This document shows positions 49,701 to 61,700 of a stretch of 64,000 bases of DNA, one piece after another. Each line of letters opens with the position of its first letter. Position 1 is the stretch's first letter. The stretch comes from Antedon mediterranea (Eukaryota; Animalia; Echinodermata): contig NC_092680.1 of assembly GCF_964355755.1 (NCBI RefSeq), positions 18,547,045 through 18,611,044 on the forward strand, given 5' to 3'. The notes below the pieces were generated by a model. That model saw only the letters and a program-made list of their open reading frames with translations, searched no databases and was not told the origin of the DNA. Both the position numbers and the translations under genes were made by a program.

Positions 49701-52700
49701 ACATGCACCGTGGTACCACACCTCGCAATAGTCACATTGTATCATAAACGAGCCGGCCCAGGGCTGGCGACATAGACAATACAACGGTCCTGCATCCGGA
49801 TCTGTAGGTGAAGAAAGAGGAGGTAAATTAAAATCAGCCAGCTTGTCATGATTTAAAACCACCGTCTTATTTCTCAGCTGCACCTGAAAAAAACAAGAAC
49901 TAATAACCAGCCTATCCTGGTGGGGTCAACCCTGCATTTCAACCAGCTGATTTACATGCAAATGAGCAAACTGGACAGGATATTCAAGCGTGAGACCCCT
50001 TTCACAACACACCTCCCCGTTCTAAAAGGGAAGCATTCCACCTTTCTCACACTAGCTTGAATACACCGAGGAAACTCCCTGAAATGTGGGTTCTGTACGT
50101 CTTCTTCTACATCATCATGGTAAGTGTGAAGCTCAGGAGGCATACTGATGTACAGATATCAGCTCCTGCATCACTATACTTACCATCTGCAGCAACTTCC
50201 AAGATCAACCTGAGTTCAACAAATGTACATCACATTGCCACGAGCAAAAGTAATGCAACCATTTGGCAGGTTGATATTGATGTGAGTTAAGTTGAGGTTT
50301 CCAGTAGAAACGAGTCAACTCAACTGCTCCGTCGTCATAGGCACAATTCCAGTTTGATTCCGTCAAGATTCTTGTAGACTACACTCAGAAAGCGCAGTCA
50401 GAAGTGACAGCATCCATTAAGTTTCACCTCCTGGATCCCACGGAATCGTCCCAGCTAGCTTAGGGTCTACTCTCTCAGCCCTGCTGTGTAGAACCCCAGG
50501 TCTAGTCGGGGTGAGTAGCCAAGAATGTAACCGTTGAGAGCTACGGGCTTGCTTTCTGATAGGAAAGGAAGATGTCACCGTAAACTCTGTACCTGAAAGA
50601 CAAAGCATACTTACCTTGTGTTCAGGGGGTACTTCAGTTACCATTCTAACCTGGGGTTGGTCTGTCAATCCGGTAGTAACCTCCACTGTGGTCGACCCCA
50701 CATCTTTCGCAGCCGGTTTACAACTAGCCCGATCAGATCCAGTTGTGACCGAAATCACTGGAGTGTTACAGACTCCAATACTGGCCGATTGGATATCAGC
50801 AACAGAAAAAGCGGATACCACAGTTTGTCTTTCTTTCGGAACGGTAGGTAATCTCCGTCTTCGTCGAGGTAGTTCAGGCTTATCTACCAGATTGGTAGGT
50901 AGTTGCGGCCATCGTCTGTGTTGTTCTGGAGTTTGTGGACTCCATGTTGGTTCAGGCCACTCTACCGGAATGGTGGGTAGTTGCCGTCGTCTACGTGGTT
51001 CTCTGGTACCATCAGGTTTAGTTTTTCCTGGCCTCTCCCCTGGATTAAACACTGGGAAATCAGGCACTGGTACCTTAATCCTCTCTTCTAGGTCTTCACC
51101 AAGGGTGGCTAAACATGATTCAACCACTGTGAAGTCAAGAGCTGTGGTGTGTGCTGTATGTGTCCTTTCCTGACCCGAAATGCTAGCCGACCATGAGTCA
51201 ACCACTGGGAAATCCAGATTAGCACGGGCAGACTTTGACACTGATTCTTGACTTTTCTTCTTTCTTGTCAATTCACTTGTTGGTGTGACAAGGTTAGGCA
51301 TTTCACCAGTGGGTAAAATGCACCCTCGTTTTGTGGTCTCTAGTTGTTTCATGGTAATACATGGGTCTGCTACAGGAAGCATGTCCGATGTTGGTGAAGA
51401 GTAAGATGCCAAAAGTTGGAGTTCATCGGATGTGCCAGGAAGTCTGTTTTTACCTTGCCGCCCTGCAGCCTTCATCATGGTAAGAGATTTCCCATTGGGC
51501 ACGTCCTCTTCTCCAATTGATGACTCCGCTTTCGGCCTACTCCAGATTTCAGAAGCTTGATAATGGTTTTCGGCTTCATCCTCGTGTGAGGATATGTGAT
51601 GATGGGTTGAGCTACAGAGAGTATAAGTCATAGACCTAGTACGGGGCATTAAATCATTTCCGACTTTTCTCCCATGCTCTCTGTACAACCCTTTGCGGCG
51701 ACAGTCAAACCTCCTATATTTTTCAAGAGCTTTGGTGATAGTAGCACAATGTTTCCGTGAAACATACTCACCAGCATCCTTGTCGTGACACCCAGTGCAG
51801 AACCATTCCACCTGTAGCTTTTGCACTCTAGATCCAGGTAGATCACTACAGGCTCTCTCGGTTACCGTCATGACTCTACGTCCCCATTTTTCTATAGTTT
51901 CGTGTCGTTCCTGTTTTAGAGACCGCTCACCGTCTCCGAAACGTACACTGAGGACATCCATCATCTCTTTGAAGTCTAATGTTGGCTCCATCCTTAAAAG
52001 ATTGGTTAAGAACTTCGCCGCAGGTCCCTCCATACACCAAAAAAGGGCATTTTTACTATCCCCGGTGGTAAGGTTCTGCGCCTTTGCGAAAAATCTGAAC
52101 CGTTTCTTAAAAGGATACCAGTCATCATCCCAGCCATTAAAAGTTAGAGACTTGGGAATGTCTTTTTGTCTCAATAGTTTTTGTGATCGTTGGGAATGCC
52201 TATGCGAGTGTCGTCTTCTAGATTGAACACTCGTAGAATATTTACCATAAGCCCTATCCTGATCACTATCTTCGTCACTTGTACAACTCTCATCATTACT
52301 AGAGCTGGAGTCCATAAGACTAGAGCTACTAGAAGAGTCACTGAAACAATCCTCTGTCAGTAATCTACAAAGCTTAGACACAGATCTAGTTTTTGAGGTT
52401 TTACTACCTTTAGTGCAATGGTGACCCCGTACATTAAGACTAGAGTCTAAAGCTAACAGTTCAGATATTGGTTGACATTCTGCTTTGGTTGCATACCTAT
52501 AGTGAGTATTCCTACAACCTGAATCTGTCTTTTCTCTGTGGTCAGAACTAGGTTGGTTGGTACTGATGTGTCTCCATGAGAAACTACCACCAGGTAAATC
52601 ACCGGAATAAGTTCCAAATGGAACTTGTGCTGCATGAAACAGCTGAGGAGTGCTAGTGTTCTGAACCCAACTACTCACTAATTGAAGATTTGGTGTGAAA

Positions 52701-55700
52701 TCCCAGCGAGTCGTTTTGGATGACAAGCACTTGATTCCAGTTAAATATTCTAAGTCACAGGCTCTAATATTTCCAAATTTGGACCTCCAATCAGTAATTT
52801 TCCTAGCTCTTTTTCCTAGTAGATGGACAAGCTCCGGCTCTGTCCAGAAATTTATTGCAACATGAGGCATCCTTTAAAACATACGATACACTTAAACGTA
52901 TAAAAGTATTGCCAGAGGTCAAAGACTTTCATTAAAATGTATCTAAATGTATGTTTTGCCACTAGTAATTATCCGGTTTAAGATGAATACTGTGTATAAA
53001 CTAGGAATGTAAAATGTCATAAAATACCAATGCCTGGAATATTAAAATGGGCATAAAACTATTAAAACATTTGTGATACATTCACCAATTGCACAGCATT
53101 CAAATGATGACGATACTTCAAATCCAGATCTTGGTAATGCTCAACGAACACTGATCACCAGACCCCTCCCCTCCACAGAAAGGCAGTGATAATCAGCGTG
53201 TGAAGTTGAAGTCACAAATCACGTGAACAGTCTTCAAGCTTTCCAGAAGAAAACAGACTGGCACGGAATGAAAGTTGTAGTAACACTTTACAATCTTCAG
53301 TATGGTAAAACTAGCTGCAGTGTGAGATAACAGATGTTATCAAGCAAAGAGTACGATACAAATTAAAATACCGCCAGACGTAATAAAAATTACAGGCCCA
53401 ACAATAGAATAAAATATCGTCAATGCAGTAACACACACACAATATTGCAAAATGGTTGTTGGAGATGCAAATATAATAAAATATTTCACCAGCAAACCTG
53501 CAATAACAACTAGATTATCCAAAAAGACGTCAATACAGTTTAACAACACTTACCACTAAACCTTCCCCCGATGCAAAGAAAGGAGAGCGATAATGCCACT
53601 GTGAGGTTAACACAATAATACGCACAGCCAGTATAATTTCTCAAGATGAAAAACCTGACTGACGGACGAAAAAGATGTTATCAATAAAAAACAATCAAAG
53701 TTAAAATTAGTGGTGCCACTCAGTTCAACGGCCACGCCTAGTACCCTACCAGGTGATACGGCCTAATAAACTGTCCACTAATCCTTCAACTACAGCAAAA
53801 AAGTACAACTCCCGGTACGCATCGACTAACCCCGTCGATACGCTAATCAGCAAGTATCCAAATGCCACAACACTGCGTGATTAACTTTACCGGTATGTTG
53901 TAATCTTCAATAAAGATATCCACTTCAATAAACTAACAAATGCACCGTAAGTACAATAAGTTAATAGTTTCAGCAGAGGACGAAATACCTCGCAATCAAC
54001 CCGATCACGTTAAGAATGCCAGCTGGCAATCAAGGCACCCGCCTCCCCACCAAAAAAAAAGATTACCGAGCTTTTGCTCGCAGCGCCAATGTTGTGATTT
54101 TAGGTCGGTGCTGGAATGGCCTGATAATGAAAGCTACTAGGCTTACCTTAACAGTCCCGCTTGTCCTAAATCACACAAGTATCCATAAGCAGTAAATCCA
54201 AATATCTTGGTCAATTCCGGTTGTGTCCGTTTCTCCTTGGTTCCTGCTTCGAATAGACCAGCTCGGGCGGCGTCGAGGTCCCACGTTAACATTTGCATAC
54301 CCCCTGTATGCAAATCAGGCTATCGGGGCGACGCCCTCGTTCGGTCGGCGGGGTGGTCTGTTTACCCAGCGGGCGCCGTTCACAACAATAGGATTATTGC
54401 AAATAGCTTGATTTCATGAGGAACTTCATTGCACAATGCATAATGAAAAGGGTTTGGGAGCCACCGTCACGACGCGTATGTACTAAACAACAAATCATGT
54501 ACGCGTCATGACGTTTGCTCTCAAACCCCTCCCACCATGCGTTGTGCCTGCTATTTGGGATAAACCTTATATATCAATATAATATAGGCCTATCATCAGT
54601 TCCATTTACATGACAAAGCTTGCACTTTACTCACATGCTCTACAGTACTGAAATTATCTTTATTTAGGGCATTAGATTTGGGTCACAGGAATGCTAACCA
54701 GTGGCTGAACCTAAAATCTAGGATTGTGACCTAGCTAGGCCTATTGTGCAAAAGTACAGAACCTCCCATTACATTGTATTGTAAATGAAAAATAATTGGG
54801 AAAATTGATTTAAATTGTATTCCACTACAGAACTTAAAATTTATTCTTTTTTAGGTTCTTGAAAAATTTGACAATCGACCAATGAGCTTCAAAGAAATTC
54901 TGATTGACATTCAGAAGAACAATTACAAGGACATCAGGTAAGTGGTATTGACAAAGTATGATTAACCACAAATTGACACCCGATTCTTGTGTTGGTATCG
55001 CGTCTAGCTGTGTCATCATGTGCGGATGACAACAGGCCCATTACCAGCGCATCTAATGCACTTGTCACTATACGACCCCCGGGAGAGGTGCGTCATTTGT
55101 CCTATGTGCGTCATACCTTTTGAATACCATGACGCACCCCTGCGTCAAATAAGTGACTTACCTTTGGATGACCATGACACACCCATTTTGAAGAACAAGG
55201 ACACATTTTGACCATGTTATGGTGGGTGGCAAAGTGACATTGACACACCAGTGTTGATGTGACGTACCATTTGATTTGATTTTAAATAAAATAATTTTTT
55301 TCATCGTACAAGACAATATTTTCTAGGATGAAAATTGAATGAAACTGAAAATTGATAAAGTTTTAGTTACTAAAACTATACACTGACAGAAATAACAATA
55401 ACTTTGAAACCCATCTTTTTTTTTAAATTTCACCATTAATGGATATTAATTATGTAATTATGTTAAGCTCTGTCTACACTATCAAACTTTATTTGACAAA
55501 AAAATGTGATGTGCCCATATATTGACATGATGATGTCATATTACTACCATATTTGAGAATGTCACTACCATATTTAGGCACATCACACTTTTTTTGTCAA
55601 ACTAATTTGATAGTGTAGGTATAGCTTTACACAAATTATGTTATACAAATTTTATAAAAATAATTATTAATATTGATAATAATAAATAAATATTCAGTAG

Positions 55701-58700
55701 TTAAACATGCCAGGCAAAACAATGTATAATACGATGTCAGTAATACAAGGAAGGCTATGGCAATGTATAAAATATTACAGTTACAGTACATAGATTACTG
55801 TAGCTAGAATTTGAATCAATTATTGACGTCAATATTATTATGCTAATAGGATAATATATTAATGGGTGTAAGGCGTAAGCCCAAAATAGGATAAAAAGTA
55901 AATTGAATGACTAATAATTAATTATGAAAATACATTAACATAATATGGGTATTGTACTGTCTAGCTGTGAATCACAATCATATTTTGATAATTTTAAATG
56001 TAATTAACTGATAATAAAATAGTTTAATAACTAATAAAAAAATTTACAGTACAAAACAAAATAACAACATGCATACTATTACTGTAAAATAATTACATAA
56101 TTTAACAAAAAATAAAGAAAGTAATTGTAGTTAACTTTTAGTTATTGGTTATAGAATCAAGAAAATATAGTAATAAATAATAAAAAAAGTAATACTGTAC
56201 TCTGTTATTGTGGGATGACAGTATAGCACCGTTTATTTATTTTACAAACAAAATATTGAATACTCAAAGCAGAATACAATTTGTATGATTTTTTTAATTT
56301 CATTCAATTACCCATTTTTTCGTTTCATACAAATTTTTCATTTGGATACTGTGACTTCATTTCTGTGGTGTAGTAGGTAAGATTATTCACCATTGTATGG
56401 GAGCTTAAAATGACCACCTATTTCATAGATTATCAAATATAATGTATGCATCTGGGTGGTCATTTTAAGCTTCTATACTGTATGCCTATGATCAAAGTTT
56501 TTTTACACTGATTGGCAACATAAAGGTTTTTTATTAAAAAAGCTTGTTTTTGGTACTTCTACTTTTTTTTAAAGTTTGTGTTTATTGTTTTCTCATTGAA
56601 TATTTAAATAATACAATTTAATGCTGTTGCTAACATATTTAATTGAGCCTGTTCTGAACAACTGAAATGCAGTGGTGGAGGTATAGGATATTTTTTTAAT
56701 ATTGCTGGTGATATGATGGGTTTAATTAAATATACTGTAGGGGTTGAGATAGTTTTAATATGATGGTGCTAGCGTTGGTATTACATCATGGTTCAAACAT
56801 AACGTCTAGTGATTGGTTGAAAGAGCATCGCATGACAAAATCTGAGCGGCAAATTTTGTTATTGCCTTGCCTTGCCATCGATCAAAGGTGCAAAAAATTG
56901 TAATTCAAGAGAAATTTTATTTTTGGTTTTTTGAAGTTTGTATTTTGTTATTTTACTAATTAATTTATTTTACAGAACATTCTAATTTGGGTATTTTAAA
57001 CTAACCATAGGTTTTTATTTTTTAAATTACTGTATCAGTAAATGTTTTTTAATGTTGTTGGATAGAGGATAGCTTTGTCATATAAAACATTAATTACCAA
57101 CATTTTAACAAGTTATTATTTAACTATGTTTATTGATTATTGCTGTTAATATAATAATAATAATTTCTCAGGCCTTGTCTTTTGAAAATTATAGGTGTGC
57201 TACAAATTGCACTCCTGAATACATTCAGGGGTGCTGTAGGTGTCGTGTGCTGTTTGTATTTTGGTGTGTAGAAGTTTACCAAATTAAGCGTGTTGTAAAT
57301 CACACTCCTCAAGGGTAGTTTAGGAGTGTGTTAGGTGAGTGATCGCACTCGCTCGCTTTAAAAGACAAGGCCTGATTTCTGATCTGATTTTCATATTTAT
57401 TACGTATGTACGTATGTAAGCGATAATTATAATAATGTGGATGGTATACTGAGGGGTAAAATGGAATATATACAAATATATTATTAGTCAAATTACAGTA
57501 ACTACTAGTGCTTCTGTATTTATTTATTAAATATACAAATAACGAATGTTTATGAGTGCAATAGTATAAATAATTTCATAAATAAAAATTATTTGTTCAA
57601 TTTTACAAACATCTATTATGTATTTTCTGATATAATGACACCTACAGTACTTTTATTCAATTAATTCACTGCTAATGACAAGAATTTAGACTAATGTTGA
57701 CTTTTGAAATCCCAATTTGATGGGGTTGTAAGTAGCATCTGTACATGGTTACTTCGGCTGCTCGATTGTTACTGCTGTCTGAGGGAGCCAGTGTGTGGGG
57801 GCTAAAGTGGCTGGGGCTTGTCAAAATATCAAAACATATCTTGCAACAGGATATTAAAGAAGACCAGAATTCCCTCTTCCATGTTATCTGAGATAACTTT
57901 ATTAATTTGAAATCTCAAACTACTATACTGAGTACTGTAATGTTATGTATTGTACTGTAAACTTTGTGATGGTTATTTTTCAGGGGTACTGAACCATTTG
58001 CCTGTCTCAATGCAATGTTACATCTAGGGTGTCGTGGTAAAGAAAGCCCTTTCTACAAAGTATCTGGACTTCACGGTATATATGGCTTAAGGGTAGGTAA
58101 CGTCAGAAACAATCAATCAGCGTTACTTTATTAATTCTCGACAGTATTTTGTTTTAACTTGTTTAATCCTCATTAATGTCATCTTATGATATAGTTGACT
58201 CTCCCAATGAACTCTCCGAAATTGGGAAATTAAAAACCAAATTTTGCTTGAGCTTTCAGATTTTTCAGAATCCCAGAATTTTTTTTAATCAGGCATATGA
58301 AGCTCTGTCAGTGTCACTACCCTTTTAGGGCATACCACACTTTTTTTGTCAAACTAGTTTGATAGTGTAGACAGAGCTTTAGGCCAGCCCAAGGGTGTCC
58401 GATATTGGGAGAGTTGCCAGGATATTAATTTAACCTAACAATGTTTATGTTGTTACCCAAACATATTAACTTTACAACTATATTAATTCCTTCAGAAAAC
58501 TCTACCCTCTGGCGTTGATGATTTGCTGGAAACATTAAATGAGGAGTCGGAACCGACTTACGAAGGCAGTGATGACGCCATACGTCCACTTCCGATTAAG
58601 AAAAGACGTAAGTTATATCGTGACAAATTGATGATAAATTCATACCTTGGATTTGATTGCATCTCTCCAATACAACATTACATTAACAATACGTCTTAAG

Positions 58701-61700
58701 GGAATTAATTAATTTTTTTGGGTTTTTAGCTGTTTACATTCTTCCTGTGAGCGCTCACAGCTGTATACCATCTTTGGTGAGGTTCAAGAACCAGCAACCA
58801 GACAGTCCTACACCAAAGACTTCTTCTGTGAAGAGGTCTAGTAAGGATCACAGTCATCGGACCTGGAAGAGCTCCATGAGAAGAGTTCATCGGCGTCCCC
58901 CAAACATTATACCTAGAATTATTTTGAAACCTTTAAAGCCACCACCTGGATATCAGGATAAAGATGCTACAGGTACGAGTGATTTTATTATTAACTTTAG
59001 TATTATTTACTCTAGACAATGGGGAGTAAAGTTGATAGTGAGTAAAGCCAGCCTTGTAGACGATCTTTCATAGTTAAATTAATTACCACCTAGTACTAAT
59101 CCAACTTATATATAATAGTAATAACTCACTTTTCTACAATCAATGTATTTACAACAAGAATGTATTATTTCAAAAGAACTTTCAATTAGATTTGTGCAGA
59201 ATGCAGAAATTGAACAAAATGAAAATAATTTAATATATCATTGTCTTTGTCAACTTTCAGGTGCATCTGTAGTGTCAGAAATTCGAACTAGCCGAAGGCT
59301 GTCTAAACGGAAATCTCATGATAACAAAACTTCATTTTCTGATGAAACTGTGACAAATACTCCTCCACGTTGGCAAACAGTACAAGAGATATTAGCATCC
59401 GTGCCAGGCTACCTTGGAAAGGTTTGTGAACAGATTAGAATGTAGAGAAATGTTGTTTCATTTTATTTTATTTATTTATTTGACCAACAAACCATAATAT
59501 AAAATACAGTATACAGAGATGAATTGGTCAGGGACTGCTAAAATAAGATTACTGTAACTACAAGAGTCAGAAGTTCCATAAATAAATTTATGATAAACAA
59601 TGTATTTAGCCGTGAATGTACAAAAAAAAAAGAACTAGTATTATGATTAATGTGTTTAGGCATATTGCCGAAAATTGATAACAGATTTAATTTCTGTCCC
59701 AGGATATAGACTATAAACACAAGGTTGCTCTACACAACAAGTTTTTGGGAGTACATTAGGTTCGTTGTGAGAACAAATACTGACTCCACTCATCATAAAT
59801 AATATCATGCTCACAACTTCCTTGTATGACTCTGCTTTTGGCCCAATTCCCATCCCTTTGGTAAACCATCAAAAACGCATTTTTCATATTTAAACCATGT
59901 TGGCACTCGTCCAGTCAATATATGCGTTACCTGTATAAGTCAACTGCTTGTTGTAAACTTTGACCTTAAGTTAATGCCAGGCTGACAGACATTAGGAGCA
60001 TTAATTTGTTGGATCTAGAGCTTGAACTTGTGTGTCAGCTATCTAGACTGTAGCCTCCTGTATCCTGTGAACCATACAGAGTCACCTGTCTTAAATCCCC
60101 CCCACTGCCCCCAAAGACAGGAGTTACTTGCTTCACCCTTTTACGACTGTGTCACCTTAGGTCATGTGACTACTGTCCACTATTACCATTTACAATGTTT
60201 ACCAATTTTGTTTTTCATTGTTTTTTATAGTCTCGAAGAAAGATGAACAGGAGAGCTGGAGGTAAGAGTCTAACAGTATTCTTTTCAATTCTTATTTATT
60301 TATGCATACATAAAAAAAGATATGGTATAGTATTCAGTAGTCATGGAAACAATATCAGAAATTGCAATACATCAACCTCAGTAGTACATTGTGCTATTTT
60401 TTTCATTTAAAAAAAAAAGATACAAAGAAGACAATGTGTGAATGAAGATCAAAATAAGTAATATGGAATAATTACTTTAAGCATTGACCATCTAAGCAGT
60501 GTTGTCGACATGACAAGAAAACTAAAAAATATATATAATATTGACAAAAACAAATATTACAAAAAATATAAAAAAAATTACATTCATATAATTCCAGTAA
60601 AATTCGTTTTGTTTGTATATTAGTATTATTATTATTAGTAAACTTGACCAAATTCTGTTTTCTTTTCTATCATAGGTTGTATTGACCTGGAAACACCTGA
60701 TTCTATTCTAGCAAATACAAATTTAAGGGTTAGTTAACAATTGCCTTGGTGCTCCAAGGACCGTGTCAAATCTTTTCTACTGCAGTTACTGCAGTAAATA
60801 CATTTTGTTTCACCTTTTTACACAATTATTTAGCATGGATTTTTTGGTAATCATACTCACTGTTTAATGCAGTGAGACTGCTTCATAAACTTGACAAACT
60901 AAAATCATACATTGTTGCAGTAGATGTAATTACTGCAGTAACTGTCGCGAATGATTTTTACACGATCCCTTACTAAACAATGCTAAGAGTCAGAAACACC
61001 ATTGGAAATATTGCTCCCTATTCTTTTTGAATAGTGTCGTTCTTTATTATACACATGTCCATTGTATGTAAACAAGACCAACAGCTTTACATCCAATCCG
61101 AAGGAAGAGGCCAATAGAGTATCTGTCTTTGGCTCCAGTACAAGCAATGTGGGCTTTAACAGTTAAAATATGATAAACCATTATGCCATATTTCTTCTTT
61201 TTAGGCCCTTATCAATAAACATACCTTTGCCAGCCTGCCACCAAATTATCAACACAAGTTAATTACCCTGCTTCCTGAACCTGATCGATATAGAGGCTCA
61301 GATAATGTCTTAAGGTAAAGCACAATTTGTTTTATTAATTTGAATTTATTAATTAGAAATGTTCCAATGCTGCAATGCCTTCTTGTTCTTCTTGTTAATG
61401 TTTTGCGAAGTAATTAAAACTTTTAATGATTCTGAAACAATAACAAGGAAAAACATTTTTAAAAAGTTAATTGTAACATTTTGATATTGTATATACGTTT
61501 CTGCACTTTTATTTAATTACCGATAACTAAGACCCCATTTACACTTCATCGACGATTTCGAAGTCGGCCCGACGCCGGCTTTCTTTTTAGCCTGCAATGT
61601 GTTTACACTTACCCAAAAAGCCGGCCTCGGGCCCCTACTATTGTGTTTACACTTGCTCTCGCGGAAGAGTGCTCGATGATACGATTTTGCTACATTCACG

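Larger units (their letters stand above)
47326..54387 (-). mobile_element. Non-autonomous Gypsy/Metaviridae-type LTR retrotransposon (7,062 bp) in ASXL intron 1, antisense to the host
   Basis: Two 298-bp direct repeats with TGTTGTGA...TCACAACA ends; 4-bp TSD ATAG (47322-47325 and 54388-54391); PBS and PPT in minus orientation; gag-like ORF; no RT, RNase H, protease or integrase core recognised. Confidence 0.95.

Noticed and set aside
49623-49883. PHD finger as part of the host ASXL gene
   Set aside because: It is on the opposite strand and inside the LTR element; the ASXL PHD is C-terminal, atypical, and lies beyond the window.
47443-52226. Plus-strand ORFs within the element (47443-47802, 48497-48970, 49030-49584, 50616-51173, 51795-52226)
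   Set aside because: They are antisense shadows of GC-rich coding or LTR sequence with no recognisable domains.
53340-53549. Hydrophobic 69-aa ORF in the element leader as an env-like or membrane peptide
   Set aside because: It starts with GTG and has no ATG; the hydrophobicity is explained by the T-rich strand; no recognisable motif. Would need conservation across copies.
57169-57374. Conserved structured ncRNA in ASXL intron 2
   Set aside because: The terminal pairing is better explained as TIRs with a 6-bp TSD; no snoRNA boxes were recognised.
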